DNA of 64,000 nucleotides from an uncultured Amphritea sp. (GTDB lineage Bacteria; Pseudomonadota; Gammaproteobacteria; Pseudomonadales; Balneatricaceae): NCBI GenBank assembly GCA_963669425.2, contig CAXXNC010000002.1, positions 2,074,618 to 2,138,617 of the forward strand, read 5' to 3'. Shown piece by piece: positions 58,438 to 64,000 of this stretch (position 1 is its first letter; each line of letters starts with the position of its first letter). The notes under the pieces were generated by a model. It saw only the letters and a program-made list of their open reading frames with translations, ran no database searches and was not told where the DNA came from. The position numbers and the translations under genes were made by a program.

Positions 58438-59264
58438 TACAAACCCCGCTTATTGAAAATTGCCATCGCCAGCGTCATCGGCAAAAGCAACCAGATCACC
58501 AGACCACCAAACAGTCCCGCAGTCGTAAACTGAATCTGCTGAGCAATCGCCATCAGTCCGGTCAGGTTCTGATCGGCAAAGTAACTGATATTCACCAGCC
58601 GGAAGATATCGGTTGGATTCAACAACAGCAGATAGGGGAACAGCGTTTCATCCACATCACCCTGAGTACCCACCAGCATTCCCAATAAGCCAAGATCAAA
58701 CACCAGCACAAAGATAAACCAGGTGATCAGGGCGATACCGGCCGCTTTCGATTTCTCAGAGACTGACGCGCTGATCACATAGGCGATAGCGATAAAGATC
58801 CAGCCCAACATGATCGCAGACGCTATAAACACGGTATAGGGTCCAATCAGTTCAGCCCAGGTGGTGGTGCCGGAAAAGGCTCCCATCATCACCGCAGATG
58901 AACCAAACCCCACCAGAGTGGAAAACGCCATCACGGCTCCCTGCCCCAGCATTTTTCCTAATAGCAGTTGCCAACGGGACAGTGGATAGGTCATCAACAA
59001 CAGCAAAGTACCGTTTTCGTCTTCACCGACGATACCATCATAAGCCAGCATCAACGCGATCAGCGGGATAATAAATACTGCCAGACTGGCGAGACTGACA
59101 ATGGTTGTCGATAACGAAGTAAAGCCGACTTTACCCGCCGCCGCAGCGCCAAAATACGCCAGCCCAATTGCCAGCACCGCGAAGATAATACAGATCGACA
59201 GCACCCAGCGGTTACGCAGGCCATCGTGAAACTCTTTATTGGCCACACTGAAAATAGCGTTCAT
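58437..59264 (-). CDS. nosY: ABC permease NosY
   Basis: KEF.DGLRNRW, YD.IVGE.E.GTL.LL.TYP and LNPTDIFR. Confidence 0.95.
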   Translation of the reverse strand: MNAIFSVANKEFHDGLRNRWVLSICIIFAVLAIGLAYFGAAAAGKVGFTSLSTTIVSLASLAVFIIPLIALMLAYDGIVGEDENGTLLLLMTYPLSRWQLLLGKMLGQGAVMAFSTLVGFGSSAVMMGAFSGTTTWAELIGPYTVFIASAIMLGWIFIAIAYVISASVSEKSKAAGIALITWFIFVLVFDLGLLGMLVGTQGDVDETLFPYLLLLNPTDIFRLVNISYFADQNLTGLMAIAQQIQFTTAGLFGGLVIWLLLPMTLAMAIFNKRGL

Positions 59265-60178
59265 GAGTTGGCCTCCTGTGTCATTGCTCCCTGAGCGGCA
59301 ATGAAGTGGGTGTACAGATCTTCAAGGGATGGCAGATGCACATCCAGATTTTCCAGGCCAGAGAGCGACATCAACTGCTGCATCGTGGACATTTTGTCGG
59401 TCAGAGCAACATTCAGTTGCAGCTGTTTATCATCACCAGCCGCTTTGGCCGCCAGGTGATCTGGTAGTTGCAGATTGTTACCCTGAAGATGGAAGGTCGC
59501 TGGCAGGTCTGCCTGCTGTCTCAGGTCATTCAGACTGCCGGAAGCCAGCAGTTCACCCTGCCCCAGAATCAGTGCCCGATCGATGTACTTCTCCACTCCC
59601 GGCAGTACATGGGAGCAGAGAATAACCGTACAGCCCTGATTCTTCAGCTGTTCGATACGACGGTAAAAATCCTGAGTCGCTATCGGATCCAATCCCACTG
59701 TCGGCTCATCCAGAAGCAGTAGTTTTGGTTCTCCAAGTAACGCCTGAGCCAGCCCTAACCGCTGACGCATCCCCTTAGAATACGTTTTTACCCGCCGCTT
59801 AGCGGCCTGTTCGAGGCCTACCTGCTCCAGTAAGCCCAGACAGCCTTGAGTGGATACGCCCTTCAACCGGGCAAAGTATCTGAGCACTTCCAGTCCGGTC
59901 AGTTGGTCATAGAAGCTGACGTTTTCCTGCAGGAAGCCCAGTTTACGCCGCAGGTTACGGGCTTCTGACTGGGTCGGATCTTCACCAAACACCCGTACCT
60001 GACCGGATGAAGCACCGATCAGACCCAGAATCAGTTTAATGGTCGTGGTCTTGCCAGCGCCGTTATGGCCAAACAGCCCCAGCACCTCACCCTGGGGCAG
60101 TGAAAGATTCAGTTGCTTCAGTGCGCTGACGCCCTGATAGCGTTTCTCGACCTGCTGCAGCTCTACAATATTCATCAT
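59261..60178 (-). CDS. nosF: ABC ATPase NosF
   Basis: GHNGAGKT, YSKGMRQRLG and LLDEPT.GLDP. Confidence 0.95.
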   Translation of the reverse strand: MMNIVELQQVEKRYQGVSALKQLNLSLPQGEVLGLFGHNGAGKTTTIKLILGLIGASSGQVRVFGEDPTQSEARNLRRKLGFLQENVSFYDQLTGLEVLRYFARLKGVSTQGCLGLLEQVGLEQAAKRRVKTYSKGMRQRLGLAQALLGEPKLLLLDEPTVGLDPIATQDFYRRIEQLKNQGCTVILCSHVLPGVEKYIDRALILGQGELLASGSLNDLRQQADLPATFHLQGNNLQLPDHLAAKAAGDDKQLQLNVALTDKMSTMQQLMSLSGLENLDVHLPSLEDLYTHFIAAQGAMTQEANS

Positions 60179-60188
60179 CTTTCTCTAC

Positions 60189-61529
60189 TTATTTCTCTGC
60201 CAGTTGTGCTGAATCTGCAACCGACTTAATAACTGAGTGATCCAACCCTTCCGGCACTGCCATCAAAGGATGGCTGTCCACCACGCCGGGGGACTTCAAC
60301 ACCGGAAACTGACGCTGCACCCAACGCAGAGTTTCCACCGCCGGGCTGTTAAGCAGTAACTTGGCGGAAGGGAATTTCCACAACAGACGATCCACACTGT
60401 CGTTCGGCTCATACTCAACATCGCCGATACCATCGCCATCCATATCCCAACCCAGATAGTCACTCCAGAAATTGCCCACTCCTTCGCTGGACCAGTCCTG
60501 CTTGCGGGTGGCGACATACTTAACCTGTTCTTTATTACTGATAAAGGCATTGCCACTGAGGGTGTTATCTTCCGACCCTGCGGTCAGGTGTATCCCCATA
60601 TCGCTATTGGCAAACAGGTTGTCACGAATATCGTTGAACAGAGAGTTGTAGATAAACAGCGCTTTGCCTTCCAGACCGGTCTGATTGGTCTGCTTCTGCA
60701 TATGGGGATTGCGGTTGTTCTGTATCCCCTCGACCCGGTTCTCCCGAATCTCTGAGTTGGTGATGTAATTCATCAGGATGCCGTAATTGGCATCATTCAG
60801 GGAGCGGTTGCCAATCACCGTCAGGTACTTCGACTGCATCAGGGCATAGCCGGTACGGGTGTTAGTAGTTACATTGTCCTGGACCAGATTGTGGTAAGAG
60901 TACATATAGTGCACGCCATAGCGAAGGTCGTGCAGGTAGTTGCCGATCAGCTCGTTGTTGTTACTGGTATCGATATAGATACCGTCACGGCTATGCCAGA
61001 CTTCGTTATCGCGGGCTACAACGCCGCTGACATTGTAAAGGTGGATACCGTTGCCCCGGTCAGATGAGCGCAGAGACAGATCGCCTTCAATTTTATTGCC
61101 TACGATCTGAGTACCTTTTGCGGCATCGACCCAGATACCAAAGCCGCCGCCCCGCAGATAGTTTTCCTCTATCCGCACATCGGCCGCAGCCCGGGATACA
61201 AAAATACCGGAATGAAGTTCGGTCAGGTCTTCACCCCAGTTCTGAATTCTTAAGTTCGTAATGTATGTATCTGCCGCATCGACCTGTAAGCCGTGGCCGT
61301 CTCCGGCAGCATCAATAACTGAATTACCACTACCACGCAGTTCAATGCCGGTGGGAATGGTATAGCTCCCGCTGTAGACCCCATCAGCCAGCACCACAAC
61401 ATCGCCGTCGACGACGCTATTTAGCGCCTGCTGCAGATCATCCGACGGCGTCAGATGCACCGTTGCAGCCTGGGCCGATATCGCCCACAGACACACAGAA
61501 GCAAGGCTGAAGCGGTTGATGAGAGTCAT
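60189..61529 (-). CDS. nosD: Periplasmic copper-binding maturation protein NosD
   Basis: Beta-helix repeats, RGNGIHL, LRYGVHYMYS and GNFWSDY.GWD.DGDG.GD. Confidence 0.95.
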   Translation of the reverse strand: MTLINRFSLASVCLWAISAQAATVHLTPSDDLQQALNSVVDGDVVVLADGVYSGSYTIPTGIELRGSGNSVIDAAGDGHGLQVDAADTYITNLRIQNWGEDLTELHSGIFVSRAAADVRIEENYLRGGGFGIWVDAAKGTQIVGNKIEGDLSLRSSDRGNGIHLYNVSGVVARDNEVWHSRDGIYIDTSNNNELIGNYLHDLRYGVHYMYSYHNLVQDNVTTNTRTGYALMQSKYLTVIGNRSLNDANYGILMNYITNSEIRENRVEGIQNNRNPHMQKQTNQTGLEGKALFIYNSLFNDIRDNLFANSDMGIHLTAGSEDNTLSGNAFISNKEQVKYVATRKQDWSSEGVGNFWSDYLGWDMDGDGIGDVEYEPNDSVDRLLWKFPSAKLLLNSPAVETLRWVQRQFPVLKSPGVVDSHPLMAVPEGLDHSVIKSVADSAQLAEK

Positions 61530-61553
61530 GTAATTTTCCTATCGATCTTAACG

Positions 61554-61584
61554 CCGGCCCCCGCCATTCACAGGCGGGAACCGG
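61554..61584 (-). terminator. Intercistronic hairpin between nosZ and nosD
   Basis: CCGG-CCC-CCGCC-ATTCACA-GGCGG-GAA-CCGG inverted repeat with no clear U-tract. Confidence 0.45.
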
Positions 61585-61628
61585 AACAGCAGGGATTAAA
61601 TCCCTGCTTCTGAGTGCCAGAGCCTGGC

Positions 61629-63539
61629 TTACGCAGGCTCAACCAGCATACGACCACGCATCTCCATATGCAGCGCATGGCAGAACCAGTTGCAGTAGTA
61701 CCAGTGCACCCCGGGCTTGTCAGCCATAAAGGTGATTGAAGCGGTCTGCTGTGGCGAGATCTCCATCTGAGCACCGTGGTTTACCATACAGAAGCCGTGG
61801 GTTACGTCTTCGATCTGATCAAGGTTCGTGATGATGACAGTCACTTCATCACCCTGCTTAACAGTAAACTCATTCAGGCCAAAGTTAGGCGCAACCGAGG
61901 TCATGTAAACACGTACCTTGTTACCGTCACGGATAACCTTGCTGTCTTTTTCCAGAACGATGCCGTCTTTCTCAGCCATCTTAACGGTGGAAGCGAAAGT
62001 CGGATCTTTACGGTCATACAGCTTGCGGGTCTTCACCTTAGAGCGGTGTACGATCATACAATCGTGCGGCTCGGCATATGTCGGACCATCATGCACCAGG
62101 ATCATCTCGTCACCGGAGATATCGATCAGCTGATCATTCTCAGCGTGCAATGGACCACACTTCAGGAAGCGGTCTTTGGAGAACTTCTGCAAAGACACCA
62201 GATATTTACCGTCCGCATCACGGGTTTCACCCATGGTGGTGTGGTTGTGACCTGGCTGATAATGCACGTCCAGTTTCTGCAGAATGTAGTCCACTTTCTC
62301 ACCGTTGTAGAAACGGATCGCTTTCTCAACATCCCACTTACACACCTGGCTGTCGATAAACAGCGTGGTATATGCATTGCCGCGACCATCAAATGCGGTA
62401 TGCAGAGGCCCCAGACCCAGCTCCACTTCTGCGACTACAGTGTCACGCGGTTTGATCTGGTTATCGAACAGGGCATCGAACTTGTCCAGCTGGAACACGG
62501 TCACGGTTGGCGATAGCTTACCGTTTGCAACGGCATACTTACCGCCCGGTGCAGTGTTGATACCATGTGGGTTCTTCGGCGTTGGTACATAACGGGTCAG
62601 TTCAGAGCCTTTACGACCGTCCAGTACAGGGACTTTGGAGTCGCCCAGGGTGGTGAAGTTACCGGCTTTTACCGCCGCTTCGATGCGCTCGATGTTGAAG
62701 ATAACCAGGTGGTCACGCTCGTTGCGCATAGAGCCCGGCAGGTCGATCGCACCTTCTGAGTTATAGCAGGTCGAGAACGCGTACTTACCGGTGTAGTCGG
62801 CATCGGTGTTATCCAGGTTGCCGTCAACAATGATCTGCCAGTCCACTTCCATGGTTTCCGCATTCACACCGGAGAACATGGTGTAGTAGCCTTCGATATC
62901 ATCCATATTCAGGCCATTATTCGGATGCGGCATACGGAATTCGGCGTTAGCAAACACGTACTTGGTATGAGGTACCTTCTGCACCCGCAGACCATGAATC
63001 GCCTGACAGTTCGGAATGGTGGTGATCTTGTCGGTCTTCATGATATCACCGCGGATACGGGCAACACGGGTGTTGGCCTTATCGTTGATGAAGATGTACT
63101 TACCGTCATACTGACCATCGGTCATGGACATGTGCGGGTGGTGAGAGTCGCCGTTCTGCGGCGCATTTTCACCCAGCACTTCTTTAGACTCGTTGGTCAG
63201 ACCCCAGCCGGTTGCGCTGTCGACATTGAACACCGGGATACGCATCAGCTCGCGCATTGATGGCAGACCCAGAATACGTACCTCACCAGAGTGACCACCA
63301 CTCCAGAAACCATAGTACTCATCCAGTTCACCCGGACCGACACTGTGATTTGAGTTGCTTGCCGCCTGCGCAGTAGAAGGAATCAGAGCACCACCCATGG
63401 TCGCGCCCATCGTACCGGCGGCACCCAGCAGTGCCGCAGAACCGCCCAGGAACAGGCGTCGGCTGACCTTCACATGCTCAGAGGCATTTGGATCCTCTGT
63501 ATCGATTGCAGGCAGGTTTTTATCGTTTGGATCTATCAT
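61629..63539 (-). CDS. nosZ: Nitrous-oxide reductase, clade I (Tat-exported)
   Basis: Tat motif SRRLFL; CuZ His motifs DSHHPH, IHG, PHG, GHNH and EPHD; CuA motif [12 protein letters not shown]. Likely start MIDPND at 63539. Confidence 0.97.
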   Translation of the reverse strand: MIDPNDKNLPAIDTEDPNASEHVKVSRRLFLGGSAALLGAAGTMGATMGGALIPSTAQAASNSNHSVGPGELDEYYGFWSGGHSGEVRILGLPSMRELMRIPVFNVDSATGWGLTNESKEVLGENAPQNGDSHHPHMSMTDGQYDGKYIFINDKANTRVARIRGDIMKTDKITTIPNCQAIHGLRVQKVPHTKYVFANAEFRMPHPNNGLNMDDIEGYYTMFSGVNAETMEVDWQIIVDGNLDNTDADYTGKYAFSTCYNSEGAIDLPGSMRNERDHLVIFNIERIEAAVKAGNFTTLGDSKVPVLDGRKGSELTRYVPTPKNPHGINTAPGGKYAVANGKLSPTVTVFQLDKFDALFDNQIKPRDTVVAEVELGLGPLHTAFDGRGNAYTTLFIDSQVCKWDVEKAIRFYNGEKVDYILQKLDVHYQPGHNHTTMGETRDADGKYLVSLQKFSKDRFLKCGPLHAENDQLIDISGDEMILVHDGPTYAEPHDCMIVHRSKVKTRKLYDRKDPTFASTVKMAEKDGIVLEKDSKVIRDGNKVRVYMTSVAPNFGLNEFTVKQGDEVTVIITNLDQIEDVTHGFCMVNHGAQMEISPQQTASITFMADKPGVHWYYCNWFCHALHMEMRGRMLVEPA

Positions 63540-63585
63540 GGTATTGATCTCCACAATGCGCGCCGGAGTCTGTCCGGCACATTTT

Positions 63586-63999
63586 TTATGCGCCCGACTT
63601 AACTGCCGGATCATCTATTTGTACTGCCGGGATAGCATTCAGGGCAGCATTTTGCTTCGCTTTCTTACGTTTCTTCTGAACCAACGGGGGACACTTGTCA
63701 TCCCGGTAGTAGGTCATCTGACAATCCAGACACTGGTGGCACTCATTACCGTTGATGGAGCCGTCAGGATGGATCGCCTGAATTTCGCACTCGTTCGCGC
63801 AGATCTTGCATGGCTGGCCGCACTCTTTACGGCGTTTCAGCCAGTCGAACAACCGCAAGCGGGCTGGAATCGCCAGTGCCGCGCCCAGCGGGCAGATATA
63901 ACGGCAGTACACTTTGCGGGTAAAAATGGAGACGATCAGCAGGAATACTGCATAGAAGACATAGCCCCAATCCCGCTGGAACTTCAGCAGGAAAGTGGT
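63586..63999 (-). CDS. nosR: NosR (3' part only; the gene extends beyond the window)
   Basis: The frame is open to the window edge ([16 protein letters not shown]); [10 protein letters not shown] and ferredoxin-like C..C...C / ECHQCLDC motifs. Confidence 0.92.
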   Translation of the reverse strand, partial: TTFLLKFQRDWGYVFYAVFLLIVSIFTRKVYCRYICPLGAALAIPARLRLFDWLKRRKECGQPCKICANECEIQAIHPDGSINGNECHQCLDCQMTYYRDDKCPPLVQKKRKKAKQNAALNAIPAVQIDDPAVKSGA

Positions 64000-64000
64000 T

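Overview
Mostly core chromosome of a marine-type gammaproteobacterium. Oceanospirillales-like is my inference from the protein sequences and gene order; it is not proven. Recognisable loci are htpG with a sigma32 promoter, three c-di-GMP enzymes (two carrying CZB zinc-binding domains, one degenerate), a translationally coupled kleisin-kite-SMC operon of the Wadjet/MksBEF type with no jetD nuclease gene, a tRNA-Asn/tRNA-Pro cluster, an IS200-type element, prc, a stand-alone rpsA, dnaX-ybaB-recR-rnd-ycgL-ycgN, the SRP RNA and a clade I nosR(partial)ZDFYL cluster. No integrase, prophage or CRISPR array is visible. The strongest items to follow up are: (1) a SAM-I-family (SAM-I/IV-like) riboswitch fold with a readable RBS-sequestering switch, upstream of a 106-aa protein I cannot assign (46163-46692); (2) jetABC without jetD; (3) an Flp-prepilin-like N-terminus fused to a roughly 260-residue Gly/Ser repeat and a second C-terminal membrane anchor; (4) a complete E. 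coli-style -1 frameshift cassette in dnaX; (5) a 281-bp TA-flanked MITE-like element in two copies with compensatory base changes. All family assignments come from motif recognition by eye; no database search was run.
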